The notes: a model not told the origin generated them from the sequence alone. A stretch of DNA of 64,000 nucleotides from Squalus acanthias (GCA_030390025.1 CM059432.1:69814001-69878000), one strand, 5' to 3'. Positions 49,701-62,916 are shown, numbered from the stretch's first letter. Numbers and translations are program-made.

Positions 49701-50785
49701 CTAGTTGGCATCAGTCCCCATATGAGTGACTGATGTATGCCATGTAGCTGTATGATATGTAATTCTGTCTCCAGGTTGCTGAGATGTCCACCTCTCTCCG
49801 TCTCCCACCTCCAGCTGCTCGGCAACTCCAGAAATTTTCAAGGCAGCCTCCTCTGCTGATGTTAGGGTCGCCAATGATGGCGTTCCACCTCCGGTTCTCT
49901 CCCTCTCCCTCTCCCTCTTATTGTGGGCTCTCTTTTCCTGCAAGGAGAGAAAGAAGAGAAGGTTGAGTGAGAGTGATAGAATGAGTGTAAGGAATGGATG
50001 GGTTAGATCTTTAGAGGGAGGCTATGATGGAATGGGGTGGCAAAGCCAAGTGGCCTCCTTGTGTGTTGTTAGTTCGTATGATTACATTAGGATGAGAGTG
50101 AGTGTGAGGGGTGGCTAGTCAGATGGGGATGTGATAATGTAGCTGGAGAGAGAGAGATGGGTGGACGTGCAAGTTATGTTGGTGTGAGTAAGGTTGTGCA
50201 GGAGCAGGGTTGGGAAGGCAGAGTGATGGAGATGTGATGAGGGGCACAGCAGGATGAAGTTGAGTGTGGTTTTGCACTAACCTTTCCTGATCTAATGAGA
50301 TTATTGAAACATTTACGGCATTGCACCCAGGTCCTCCTGACCACATCCCTGCTGTTTACCTCCTCTGCTATTTGGAGCCAGACTCTTTTTGTCTCCTGGT
50401 GAGGTCTCTTCTGCCCATCGGAAGGGAAGAGGACCTCCCTGCATGCTCTGACTCCCTCTACGGAGTCATCGAAGGACCTGGGTGCAGCCCTCTGTCTCAG
50501 TGCAGTCATATTTGGCACTCTTTCCAGCAGTCCAATTGTGCAGTGTCTGCACACTCCTAGATGAACCCTCAAATGCAATGTGGCCATGGCTTCTTTAAAT
50601 ATCCCGGCTGGAAATGCGTCATTGATGATGTCATCAGACCCGCACCATTTAATGGGACTGGGAAACGTGCAGGGTGGCCTTAATAGGCCCCATTAACGCA
50701 AAGTCGATCTGAGGAGCAGCATGGAATCAGGAACAGGGTCGCGACCCGCCACGATGACCACCCGCACCCGACCCGCCCAGGTAAA
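46712..50785. mobile_element. Two-gene PIF/Harbinger element, distinct subfamily
   Basis: Left TIR GGCCGGAATTTTC; right end degenerate. Transposase (+) 47227-48284 with an internal deletion. Myb gene (-) exons 50509-50282, 49937 to about 49772, and 49552-48580. Confidence 0.85.
47227..48284 (+). pseudogene. HARBI1-like transposase pseudogene
   Basis: Motifs [31 protein letters not shown] and [19 protein letters not shown]...RCLD. The segment between QGVI and FVL.Q, which carries the DCTH and SHD motifs in the 58-kb copy, is deleted. Confidence 0.88.
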
Positions 50786-51539
50786 CAAAAAGGAAGCACA
50801 ATAAAGTCTTCCCTGCTGACTTGTGGTGAGTCTATGGTAAGTGGGGTCAGGAAGCATGGATATTGCTGAGGCAAAGGTATGGTCTTACAGAGCTATGCAG
50901 AAAGTATGAGAGATGTAAAGAGGAGTCTTGCCTTGGCACACCTGGTGAGATTATTGAAATTCTTTTGACACTGCAGCCAGGTCCTGAAGAAAATGCTGAT
51001 GGCATTCACATGTTGTGCCAGCTCTCGCCATGCTCATTCACCAATTTGTGATGGTATGCATTAACCATGCATGGGGATAAGAGCAGCTTTCTATTGTGGA
51101 CTTGCTCCACGAGCATCTCTATGGCTGCATCTGAAGATCTCGGGAGCCTGGTGGAGCACTTCTTGCCCATAGACATTTTCCTGCAGACCTACAGTTTTGC
51201 TTCCATTTTTCAGCCAGAAAAAATAACTCTGTTAAGGAGCTTTTAGCTACTGCATGCTTAAGCTACTGCATGCCCTTAAGAACCTGCAGTAATACCTGAT
51301 TTCCCACCTCCTAATCAGCGAGCACATTTGGAGCACATTTCATGCTGGAAGCTCACCTCAACATGCCAATAAGGGGATGGGTCATCCGCCAACTCCTCCG
51401 AGTGGCTGTTGCTCTTGCCCGGCCCACCTCCCACCTGTTTCCACTGGGAGATGAAAATCACCCCTTTATGTCTTATTCTAGCTGATGTAGATTTATTTTA
51501 CTATGGTTTGAATTATTTTTGTTTGTATTTCATAATCAG

Positions 51540-51674
51540 ATGATTGGTTCCTGGAGAAAGTTATGATAACAGAGGGGGAATTGCCTATTTCTAGATATAC
51601 GTTTATCCATAATGACTGGATTGGCAAACATAAGAAGGAAAATGAATTCTTTGAAGTAATCATCCATCTTAAAG
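51540..51674 (+). CDS. Internal exon G, end of PLAT domain
   Basis: CAG acceptor ending at 51539 after a T-rich tract, GT donor at 51675. Reads (D)DWFLEKVMITEGELPISRYTFIHNDWIGKHKKENEFFEVIIHLK, with the PLAT WFL.KV.I...F....W motif; phase 1-1. Confidence 0.87.
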
Positions 51675-52026
51675 GTATTATAAATCATTAATATATCCTA
51701 CCAAACTAATTATAATCATTAACTTTGTGCACAAAATAGTAATTAATCCTGACAGCAATTTCCACTGTCTTAGATACAAGTCCTTATAGGGAAAACCAAA
51801 AGAAGGACATTTGTATTTGTTTAATAGTCTTTCTTAAGTAAATGAGCTGTTTGTATTATTTTTATAAAACCATAATCATGTTTCTTTATAAAATAATAGT
51901 ATTTTCCATTGGATTGTCTGACAGGAAACAATTATGTGGCTTATTTTGTTATCTATTATATTCAGCTATTTCTTGAAATAAACCAAAGAAAGTGTTTTGT
52001 TTGCATGAGTTGTATATATTTATAAT

Positions 52027-52729
52027 GGCCCGGATTTTCCACGGCGTATGCAGTTGTAAGTGCCCCGCAAGTTCCGGGTTTCCGCGTGCGCTGTGCATGC
52101 ACGAAAACCCGAAACTTGCGATCTGTCAAGTTTCAGCTCGACAGATCGTACCCATGCACAGGAAATGGAGATTCGCTGGCGCAGGGTTGGGCTGCCAACT
52201 ACGCCCAGCGAATACCCACGATACTCTTACGTCTGGTAAAAGCAGGCTGAAGGCTTTCTTTTACCAGCATAAGGGTTTAAATAAATATTAAAATAAATTT
52301 TAAAAATTATTTAAACATTCAAAAACCTTTAAAATTAGTTTAGGTCATTTTTTGGCCCCTTTAAAAATGTTTACATTTATTTTTCAAAAAAATATGTTTT
52401 TGTTTTAAATGTTTAATTAAGTTGTATTTCAATTAATTTTAAACATGTGATCATTTATTTTTACTTAGTTTGTGTGAAAATGTGTTCTTTTATGTCATTC
52501 CTATTATGCTTATGGGGTTTCCGTACGTAAATGGAATCCCATAAGCATAATGGGAATCCCCCTTTTTGATTGGTTGTGCCCCTGGGATACGTGGACCTTT
52601 ACGCAGGCGTACGCTGCAGTCCCAGGACCATAAGAGTCCGACGATACGGAGGCACCAGGTAGGTGCGTACTTTTCTTGCGGATTGGAGGCATTCGCCCGC
52701 GGGAAGCCTCCGGCCGCAATTTCAGGTCC
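52027..52729. mobile_element. Harbinger-type MITE, same family as 9740 and 16208
   Basis: Termini GGCCCGGATTTTCC / GCAATTTCAGGTCC; flanks AAT/ATT; shared internal AAAAGCAGGC..GCTTT and GGAGGC..GCCTCC hairpins. Confidence 0.75.
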
Positions 52730-53051
52730 ATTATATTAAAATCTTACCTCTGTGCAAACTTCATGTTAACTTTTTCCAGAAAGGTTAATTACAACATTAC
52801 AAGTTCATTCAGACAATTTTCATAATAATTGTGGACATAGGAATATATAATTGAAAATAAATATACCGTCAGAATGTACGACTTTAAGATGTCAAATGAA
52901 TTGTGTCTGCACACTTCTGATCCAATTATCCTCCACCCTCTAACTAGTGTCACATCAGGACTAGTGTTCTTGACTCCCCGTTTGCAATGCATGGGAAATC
53001 GACTAGTATTTATTATTTTTAGAACAGCCCTGTTTCTTTGTTTTTATTCAG

Positions 53052-53245
53052 AATCTGCTGACATTTTCACTAACCCATTGAAACATGTTACAATTGCCCG
53101 CAAAGAACAATGGTACATGTGGATGCTTACGATGCCTGACAGTGGACAGTTAATACAAAAACCAGAAATTTCCATGATAGTATTTGGAACAAAGGGTAAA
53201 ACTCCTTTGCTGGAAATTGAGAATATGAAGAATCTCCCATTTGTG
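53052..53245 (+). CDS. Internal exon H, linker plus N-half of a degenerate PLAT domain
   Basis: TTTTATTCAG acceptor ending at 53051 and GTAAG donor at 53246. Reads (E)SADIFTNPLKHVTIARKEQWYMWML...ISMIVFGTKGKTPLLEIENMKNLPFV; structure parallels exon C. Confidence 0.83.
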
Positions 53246-53447
53246 GTAAGTTAATTTAAAAAAAGGAGGTGCTCAAAATATTTCAAATGTTTACCTATTT
53301 TTTCTTCTGATGATAACCTCAGCATAAAGAGCATACTATCACCCTTTTTGTACTTCAACTTTATTACTACAATACTTACCAAAAATTTTAAGCTAATCTG
53401 AGCAGTTAAGACCGTATTTTTCATATGCAGTAAAATCATTATACAAT

Positions 53448-54219
53448 GGCCCAAAATTTGCTGTCAAAATAACAGCAAGGCGAATAGCGCTCGCTATTAA
53501 TTATATGCAAATGCCACAGCAACTTTAGGCGAGGGCAGATGCGCTGTCAAACGCGTAAATTGAAAAGTTGCTGTCGGAGATGTGTCGCTCCCCCGTTAGC
53601 TTCGCGAACCAGCATCTCGCTCTCTGGCTCCCCATTCAAATGCATTGAGCGGCGTTAAATTCCTGAACTTGCACGGTAGATACGAAGTAAACTAGCCACA
53701 GTAAGTTAAGTCAAGTCATTTCAAGTCTAAGTACTACTTTAATGATATGATAAGTGTTAATTACTGCCAACCAACCTCTCTGGCACTGAAAATTATCCAT
53801 TACAAGTGTGGAGGCTCATTTCTTCAGGTTTTAATTGCCGTTTGAGATTGTTTTTTAAATTTAAAATAAAACTTTTTTTACTTTTTCTTTCTGTCTCTTT
53901 TTTCTCTCTCTCCTAATCCAATCTGTATTTCTCTTTCTGTACCTGATTTGACATTGAATTCACCCATTCTAACTTATACGTCCTTCTCAGTCCTTGTGCT
54001 GTTAATTTCACAATGCTTCAATCTGATTGGTTGAGGAAATACACAATTGCGTGCCCTGTTCACTCAGATCTCAGATGCCCTGAAGAGGGCGCTGTGCCGT
54101 TTCCATCTCGCACTTCCAGCAACTTGCAGCACAAAATATCGTTGACATTAAACAGGGCACAGGTAAATCTAACTAACAGCGGGTGTCGTTCATCGCCCTG
54201 CCACATGAAATTTTGGGCC
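53448..54219. mobile_element. Harbinger-type MITE
   Basis: Perfect 12-bp TIR GGCCCAAAATTT; exact 3-bp TSD AAT (53445-53447 and 54220-54222). Confidence 0.88.
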
Positions 54220-55324
54220 AATATTTTTGTAGAAAACAAGCGAAAGAAAAAGAGTTGTATTTGCATGGCACCTTATCATCTCAGAATCATCTCAAAGCAC
54301 TTCATATGCAAGTAATACTTGTAGCCATTTTGTGCACAGCAAGATCCCACAAATAGCAACAAGATGAAAGACCAGTTAATCAGTTTTTGGCAGTAAATGT
54401 TGAGGAAGAAATAGTGAAGAAAATGAAATCCTGGCTTATATAGAGCTTAATATGTTAGGAAAAAGTAATTTATGGAAATTAAATCACAAAATAACATCTG
54501 CTGCGTAATTGCTACTGAATTTTGACTCCTATGTGTGAGCTGCATATTCTTTGTAGGTTGCCAATTTCCAGTCTTACAGTGTAGAGTCGTGCCTGCAACA
54601 TCGTGCTCTTTGAAAGAGCTATTCAATTAGTCTCACTCCCTTGCTGTTTCCCGAAGCCCCGCAATTTTTTCCTTTTCAAACATACATCCAATTTCCTTTT
54701 GAAAGTTACTATTAAATAGATTATTAGCATAAACATTGGTTTTAATTTTTTTTTACTCTTGATTTTGTTCAGGCTTACCAATGTAGATTTCATGAGACAC
54801 GAGGGCGTAACACATATGAGGGCCAATTTCACACTACTGCACTCCAAGTGGGAACCGGAGCACATGGTGGGAAGTCATGGGTGGGCAGCTTGTAACAATC
54901 CTGCAAGCACTCGCCCCACTGGAATCATGGGAGCATAGAATCAACCCTATGGTAGCATCATATGAAGTGGATTCAAAGTAGTGGAAAATATGTAGAATCA
55001 TAGGGGGAGAAATTCGGTATTGCCCCGTTTGGGCTGCTAATTTTTGAAATCGTGAAAAATTAGTGCCAGGCGCTAATGATTCTGAGCTTCCCCTAAATTG
55101 GAAAGAACTAGAGCGCTAAATCAATGCTAATGACCTAAGTAGGGCGCTACAGGGGCGCTGCCAGCAGAGTGATAATGAATTTCAGGTGCTATGCAATTGG
55201 GAATGATCCTTCACACTGGCCCCTTCCAGCTCTTAAAGTGGAGGTTGCATTATTGTGCAGATCCTCATTATCAGCATTTTTGGCTGTGAAGGCGACCTGC
55301 TAACAACTCAATCCCCTGATCGTG

Positions 55325-57183
55325 ATGGCTGATCCCACTCCCCGAGAGAGAGCTCGTCGTTTCACGGACGAGGCATTGGAGGCATTGGTCATTGGAGTAG
55401 AGTGAAGTGCTGTTCCCGGACGCTGGAAGGAGACCATTGCCCCAGGTCTTCAGGGCAATGTGGAGGGAAGTGGCCCAGGAGGTCTCGGCCACTAGTGTGG
55501 TCGTACAAAGCCTGACACAGCGCCAGAAGAAATTCAACGACCTCACTCGGGTGGTCAAGGTGAGTACATGCTTCAACAGATCCTACGTACCAGCATCTGA
55601 ACCTCAGTCTGCACACACTGCACAAACCCCACACCCCCACCACTCACCCACCAAGCATCTGCACCTACTCAAACTCACATCCACATCTCACGCCTTGCCT
55701 ACAATCACAGCTATTCAACTACGGCAGGCATATCTCCTAAACACATAGCTGGACTCTGACTCACACACATTCGTTTCTCTTGCAGGCCAAGATGGCTCAC
55801 AATAGGAGGGAGCAGCAGAGAACAGGCGGGGGTGATGTGCAGCTCCAGCAGCTTTCAGACCTGGAGGAGCGAGTGCTGCGACTCATTCGGCAGCAGGTGG
55901 TAGGGCACTGTGGCCGTTGGCAATGTCAACCCCCTTGGGGCAACAACGGTATGTTCATCCCCTCTCCTTCTCTCATCCCACTTCCTCCTCACACCACAAG
56001 CCTTTCCCACTTTCCAGCTCCTGATACTGTCTGCATGCCTTGCTCCCTTCCTGACCCCTACCCTCACCTTAACGCGAGTCTTGTGCCTTTATGCTTTCAG
56101 AGAATGAGCAACCAGATGACCAGCCTGTCCCTGAGCCCCCCACTGAGAGGAAGGAGAAGGGGAGGAGGAGGAGCAAAGCACCGCGTCACTGCATCTCTCA
56201 GCCCCAGGCACCACCTCAGATACTGGCACTACGCGATCTTTAGAGGCAAGTTTAGTAGAGGGGTCTGCACTGGGTGATGCACCGGGGACGAGCGGGCTGC
56301 AGCAAGGCCAGGGGGAAAGGGTAACTCGGGAGCCAGCTCCCCAGAGGGGACTCAGATGAGGACCTCGATGGGGAAATGTTCACAAGAAGGGTGATGGCCA
56401 TGCACTCCGATATGATAGGTGCAATGGCAAGGGTGCCCGAGAGCCTGTCGGCAATGGTAAGGAGCGTGGAGGAATCCACCACCAACATTGCACAGAGCTC
56501 TGTGCACACCATGGAGCCCATCATTTCCACTCTGCAGAGGATGGTGGACTCCCAGAGAGACCGTGCGGATCCAGACCTCATGACGTGTATCATGGGCGAT
56601 GTGGCAGCTTCCATTGCAGCACAGGCGGAAGCGACGCAACGTCTTGGTGCTGTCATGCAGTCAATGGTTGGTGGCATCGAATCTCAGACTGCTCTCATGC
56701 AGTCTCAGCTTGATGCCACGCAAGTTCTGACTGCTGCCATCATCGCTGGGTCCACCACAGTCCACCGGAGATCTTACAGTGTCGCAGCAGGCAACCAATC
56801 TGTGCTCCAGCAAATTGGTAGGGATGCTGAGGTGCTGCCCCGGGGGAGTGACAGTGGGTCAGTGGAGCAGGAACCTCTCTCAGGATGACAGCATTCCTGA
56901 TCCCACCACTGCCACTCCGCCATTGCACTCGTCGCTGCCTGTCATCCAGCCAGCCCAGACTGCCGCCGCCCATCCTGAAGTGGTGCAGTGTACAGCCGGG
57001 CCTTCCAGGCCCAGAGCTGGTCGAGGGCGTCTTGCAAGGCCATCTGTATTCTCTGGCACCGGCACTCAGCAACCTTTCACCAGTCCTGCTGCAGCCACTG
57101 GGGAGACACTATGTAGGAGCAGTAGATTAGGGAAAGGTACTGTAAAGAGGGCAAGTAAGGGAATTTCAAGGGTGATTAGTTAA
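55325..57183 (+). pseudogene. Harbinger Myb/SANT-like DNA-binding partner gene, 3 exons (55325-55559, 55786-55948, 56101 to about 57183), frameshifted
   Basis: MADPTPRERARRFTDEALEALV...MWREVAQEVSATS....LTQRQKKFNDLTRVVK|GTGAG; TGCAG|AKMAHNRREQQRTGGG; donor GTATG at 55949; TTTCAG acceptor ending at 56100. Confidence 0.85.
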
Positions 57184-57344
57184 CGTTGTTGTTGTATATA
57201 TGTGGTTCCTGAATTTGGATAAATTTATTATTGGAATGTTGCAGATTTGGGGCTGTGTCTCATTTCAGCTTTGGGGTGTGGTATGGAATGAGAACTTGAT
57301 GGAATGATGGGGACGTGCTGAGCAACCGGGAAGTGGCCTCGAGT

Positions 57345-58467
57345 TCATTGGAACCGAAGTCTGATGAAGTGGTCATGGACCGCCCTTCCACAAGGCCAAT
57401 TGAGTAGTGGCCTCCTCCATCGCTGCTGTTCATGCTCCTGCTCCTCTTCGTCGTCTTCCTCCTCGTCCTCGTCCTTCTCTACCTCCTCCTGAGGTGGTGC
57501 GGCTATGCCTGGTGGCAATGGCTGCGCCCTCATGATAGCCAAGTTGTGCAGCATGCAGCAGACGACGACGAAAAGTGACACTAGCTCAGCCAAGTACTGG
57601 AGGCGGAACCGTTGCTTGAGCACTCCGATGGTCTGCTCAATGATGTTCCTGGTGGCAGCATGGCTCTCATTATATGAGTTCGGGGCACGAGTGTTGGGGT
57701 TGCGGAAGGGAGTCATGAGCTAGATGGAGAGCGGATAGCCCTTGTCTCCCAGCAGCCAGCTGCGAGCTTGATGTGGTGGCTGGAACAGAGCTGGCGCAGG
57801 ATGAAGGCATCATGGCTGCTGCCAGGATAGCGGGCATTGACGGTGAGGCTTCGCCTGTGTGTGGCACACCAAATGCACATTAAGTAAGTGGTAGCCTTTG
57901 CGGTTACAGAATACCTCTGGATTGTGATGCGGTGCCCGCAAAGCGACGTTGGTGCAGTCAATGGTGCCCTGCACCATGGGGAATCCCGCTATCCTGGCAA
58001 AGCCACATGCACGCTCGCGCTGCTTCTCTCTGGTCATGGGGAAGGAAATGTTGTCCCTTCTCATTCTGTAGAGAGCATCTGTGACCTTGCAGATGCAGCA
58101 ATGAACGGCGAACTGCGATATGTTAGATATGTCTCCTGTCGCACACTGGAAGGATCCGCTGGCGTAGAAATTATGAGCGACGGTGACCTTGAGAGAGCCG
58201 TGGTGCTGTTGATGTGAGGCTCGAGGTCTGGCTGCAGGTGGTGGCAGAGCTCTGTGACCACAGTTCCTGGTGAAGCGGAGCCTTCTAAGACACTGTTGCC
58301 TCAGTGAAATTGACGTAGGAGAAATGCTGCCGGAATACCCTGGGAGGGTAAGGCCTCCTGTTGAGAGCCCTGTTGGCTCTCTTCCCTCTGGCCACATTTT
58401 GCACTCTTTCTCTCTGCCTGCGACGTTGATGCCGGAGGGCGAAATCCAGTGCCAGTACAGCCCCCAT
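57345..58467 (-). pseudogene. HARBI1-like DDE transposase pseudogene (intronless)
   Basis: MGAVLAL...RRPYPPRVFR, NFYASGSFQ, GFPMVQGTIDCT, NRKGYH, PGSSHDAFILRQ, LGDKGYP and [16 protein letters not shown]; several frameshifts. Confidence 0.92.
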
Positions 58468-58922
58468 TAAAGTATGGAAATGTTACACTTTAAAATCTCA
58501 CCTAACTGAAACTGAATAATTGTTCTCAGGCAGGAGACTCCTTCAAGTGAAAAGTGCTGAAATCGCTCAAAGCGTCTGTTTGCCCATGTCAAACTGACAG
58601 GGCAGCATTCTTTGCAGACTAAAAATAAACTGGATGTTGACGCCTTTATATAGCGCTCCTCCAGTGCTCATCCAACTACATATCGCCTCCTCTACCTGTT
58701 GTTGCTTACGGCAGGCGCTCAGGCAGGGGGCGAGAGTGAAGCTCTGAGCCGGGGCGCTACCGAGGTACTGCGCAGCCAGATGATGCCACGATCTCCGGCC
58801 GCAGGAGAGCGTGGCGCTAGTGGTTACCATCGCCACAAACCTCCAATTCAAGTTTGCGGGCGTCGGTACTATTGCCACGCCCGGCCGCTAAGCCGGTAGC
58901 GCCCCAGAATTTCTCCCCCATA

Positions 58923-59456
58923 AAATTATACAGCTCAGAAGCAGGCCCTTTGGCCCATTGTGCCTGTGCCGGCTCCTTGAAAGAGCTATCCAATTAGCCC
59001 CACTCCCCTACTCTTTCCCCATAGCCCTGCGGTTTTTCCTTTTCAAGTATTTATCCAATTCCCTTTTGAAAGTTACTATTGAATCAGCTTCCACCATCCT
59101 TTCAGGCAGTGCATTCCAGATCATCACAACTTGCTGCGTAAAAAATTCTTCTGATCTCCCTCTGGTACTTTTGCCAATTCTCTTATATCTGTGTCCTCTG
59201 ATTACTGAACCCCCTGTCAGTACAAACTGTTTCTCCTTATTTACTTTATCAACACCCCTCATAATTTTGAACACCTCTATTAAATATCTCCTTAGCCTCC
59301 TCTGCTGTAAGGAGAACAATCCCAGCTTCTCTATTCTTTCCACATAAGTGAAGTCCCTCATCCCTGGTATCATTCTGGTAAATCTCCTCTGAACCCTTTC
59401 CAGGACTTTGACATCCTTCGTAAAGTGTGGTGCCCAGAATTAGACACAATACTCCA
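58923..59456 (-). mobile_element. CR1 3' fragment, continued at about 62917-62960 beyond the nested CR1
   Basis: Peptide YVERIEKLGLFSL..RRLR..LIEVFKIM. Sequence ...CAATACTCCA resumes as (T)GAGGCCTAA after 62916. Confidence 0.85.
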
Positions 59457-62400
59457 GGATGGTATGTTGCCTCCCTGGTTCCAGGGTCAATGATGTCACT
59501 GAACGGCTGCAGGGCATTTTGAGGGGGGAGGGTGAACAGCCAGAGGTCGTGGTCCATATCCGTACCAACGACATAGGTAGAAAGAGGGATGAGGTCCTGC
59601 AGGCAGAGTTTAGGGAGCTAGAAAAGAGGTTAAAAAGCAGGACCTCAAAGGTAGTAATCCGGATTACTACCAGTGCCACATGCTAGTGAGTACAGAAATA
59701 GGAAGATAGAGCAGATGAATGCGTGGCTGGAGAGATGGTGTAGGAAGGGGGCTTTAGATTCCTGAGGAATTGGAACCATTTCTGGGGGAGGTGGGACCTC
59801 TACAAGCCAGACGGGTTGCACCTCAACGGGAACGGGACCAATATCCTCGCGGGAGGGTTTGCTAGTGCTGTTGGGGAGGGTTTAAACTAGCTTGGCAGAG
59901 GGATGGGAACCTAAGTATAGAGTCAATAGGGAGGGAAGAAAAACTGGAATTGGAATACAAAAACATAGAAAGTAAATTGGAAGGACAGAGGAATCAAGGG
60001 CTAGATAGTAGTCAACAAGGAGGTTTGCCTGTACTAAATGGTATATACTTCAATGCAAGGAGTATAGCGAACAAGGCAGATGAGCTGAGGGCACAGGTAG
60101 ATGCTTGGGACTATGATATAGCTATTACAGAGACATGGCTGAAAGAGGGGCAGGTATGGCAGCTCAACATTCCTGGTTACAGGATTTACAGACGGTATAG
60201 AGAGGGAGGTAAAAAGGGAGGGGGGGTTGCGGTATTGATTAAAGAAACTATTACAGCTGTGAGGAGGGATGATATGTTGGAGGAATCATCAAACGAGGCC
60301 ATATGGGTCGAATTGAAAAACAAAAAAGGGCGATCACACTGCTGGGAGTGTACTACAGACCCCCAAATAGTGAGAGGGAGATAGAAGAACAAATATGTAG
60401 ACAAATTTCTGAGAAGTGCAAAAAAGGGCAGTAATAGTAGGGGATTTCAACTACCCCAGTATTAACTGGGATAAAATTAGTGTGAAGGGTATAGAGGGTG
60501 CAGAATTCCTAAAATGCATCCAGGAGAACTTTTTTAGCCAGTATGTAGCAAGTCTAACAAGGGAGGGGGCGGTTCTGGACTTAGTTTTAGGGAATTAAGC
60601 TGGGCAGGTAGAAGGCGTATCAGTGGGGGAGTATTTTGGTGCTAGTAACCATAATTCAGCTAGATTTAAGGTAATTATGGAAAAGGACAAGGATAGACCA
60701 GGAATAAAAATTCTAAATTGGGGAGAAGCAAATTTTGCTAAGCTCAGAGGGGATTTAGCCATAGTGGACTGGAAACAGCTACTTGAAGGTAAATCAGTGT
60801 CAGAGCAATGGGAGGCATTCAAGGAGGAGATCCGGAGGGTTCAGACCAAATATGTGTCCTTAAAGAAAAAAGGTGGGACTAACAAATCTAGAGCCCCCTG
60901 GATGTCTAGAGGCATACAGGGTAGGATAAAGAAAAAAAGTGAGGCGTATGACAGATACCGAGGGCTAAATACTCCAGAATCTTTAGAGGAGTACAGAAAG
61001 TGCAGGGGTGCAATTTGAAAGGATATTAGGAAAGCAAATAGAGAGCATGAAAAATTCTTGGTGAGTAAAATCAAGGAAAACCCAAAGATGTTTTATAAAT
61101 ATATTAAGAGTAAGAGGATAACTTAAGAAAGGGTAGGGCCTATTAGAGATCATGAGGGTAATCTGTGTGTGGAGGCGGGAGACGTTGGTAGGGTTCTTAA
61201 TGAATACTTTGCATCTGTTTTCACAAAGGAGAGGGGTGAAGCAGACATTGCTATCGGGGAGGAGGAGTGTGAAATATTAGATGAAATAAACATAGTGAGA
61301 GAGGAAGTATTAAGGGGTTTATCAGCTTTAAAAGTGGATAAGTCCCCAGGCCCAGATGAAATGTATCCCAGGCTGTTAAGCGAAGCAAAAGAGGAAATAG
61401 CAGAGGCCCTGACCATCATTTTCCAATCCTCTCTGGCTTCAGGTGTGGTGCCGGAGGACTGGAGGACTGCTAATGTGGTACCCTTGTTTAAAAAGGGAGA
61501 AAAGGATAGACTGAGTAATTACAGGCCAGTCAGCCTAACCTCGGTGGTGGGAAAATTATTGGAAAGAAGTCTGAAGGACAGAATAAATCTTAATTTAGAG
61601 AAAGACACGGATTAATCAAGGATAGTCAGCACGGATTTGTTAAGGGAAGGTCGTGTCTGACAAACTTGATTGAATTTTTTGAGGAGGTAACAAGGAGGGT
61701 AGATGAGGGTAGTGCATTTTATATAGTGTATATGGACTTTAGCAAGGCTTTTGATAAGGTTCCCCATGGCAGACTGGTCACGAAGTTAAATGCCCATGGG
61801 ATCTAGGGCAAAGTGCCAAGTTGGATTCAAAACTGGCTCGGAGGCCGGAAGCAGAGGGTAATGGTTGATGGGTGTTTTTGTGACTGGAAGGCTGTTTCCA
61901 CTGGGGTTCCGCAGGGCTCAGTACTAGGTCCCTTGCTTTTTGTGGTATATATCAATGATCTAGACTTGAATATAGCGGGTATGATTAAGAAGTTTGCAGA
62001 TGATACTAAAATCGGCTGTGTGGTTGATACTGAAGAAGGAAGCTGTAGACTGCAGGAAGATATCAATAAATTGGTCAGGTGGGCAGAACAGTGGCAAATG
62101 GAATTCAATCCGGAGAATTGTGAGGTAATGCATTTGGGGAGGGCTAACAAGGAAAGGGAATACACATTAAATGGTAGGACACTGAGTAGTGTAGAGGAAC
62201 AAAGGGACCTTGGAGTGCATGTCCACAGATCCCTGAAGGTAGCAGGCCAAGTAGATAAGGTGGTTAAGAAGGCATACAGAATGCTTGCCTTTATTAGCCG
62301 AGGCATAGAATACAAGAGCAGGGGGGTTATGCTTCAACTGTATAAAACACTAGTTAGGCCTCAGCTAGAGTACTGCGTGCAGTTCTGGTCACCACATTAC

Positions 62401-62916
62401 AGGAAAGATGTGATTGCACTAGCGAGGGTACAGAGGAGATTTACAAGGATGTTGCCGGGAGTAGAGAATCTTAGCTATGAGGAAAGACTGGATAGGCTGG
62501 GTTTGTTTTCCTTGGAACAGAGGAGGCTGAGGGGAGACCTTATTGAGGTGTATAAAATTGAGGGGCCCAGATAATGTGGATAGAAAGGACCTATTTCCCT
62601 TAGCAGAGGTGTCAAAAACCAGGGGGCACAGATTTAAAGTAATTGGTGGAAGGTTTAGAGGGGATTTGAGGGGAAATTTCTTCACCCAGAGGGTTGTGGG
62701 GGTCTGGAACTCACTGCCTGACAGGGTGGTAGAGGCAGAAACCCTAACCACATTTAAAAAGTACTTGGATGTGCACTTGGGATGCTCTAACCTGCAGGGC
62801 TATGGACCAAGAGCTGGGAAGTGGGATTAGGCTGGATAGCTCTTTGTTGGCCGGCGCGGACACGATGGGCCGAAATGGCCTCCTTCCGTGCTGTAACTTT
62901 CTATGATTCTATGATT
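59457..62916 (+). mobile_element. CR1 LINE (3' part of esterase ORF1 plus decayed ORF2) nested in an oppositely oriented CR1
   Basis: Motifs VCCLPG.RV.DV, VVVHI.TNDIG, YFNARSI.NK, VGDFN, GVPQGSVLGP and FADDTK; TTCTATGA repeat tail at 62899-62916. Confidence 0.93.

Larger units (their letters stand above)
45700..51464 (-). mobile_element. Old Harbinger Myb-gene remnant (exon 1 about 51170-50932, exon 2 about 46590-46435, exon 3 about 46265-45700) hosting a younger Harbinger in intron 1
   Basis: Exon 1 MGKKCSTRLPRSSDAAIEMLVEQV...QCQKNFNNLTRCAK; exon 2 EKLTHNRKE; exon 3 WRASSHTSSA...HQQLLNALDGLP; TIR-like GAAAATCACCCC at 51453-51464. Confidence 0.6.
55003..58919. mobile_element. Structurally complete PIF/Harbinger transposon (3917 bp)
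   Basis: Perfect 13-bp TIR GGGGGAGAAATTC; exact TSD ATA (55000-55002 and 58920-58922); convergent Myb (+) and transposase (-) genes. Confidence 0.95.
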
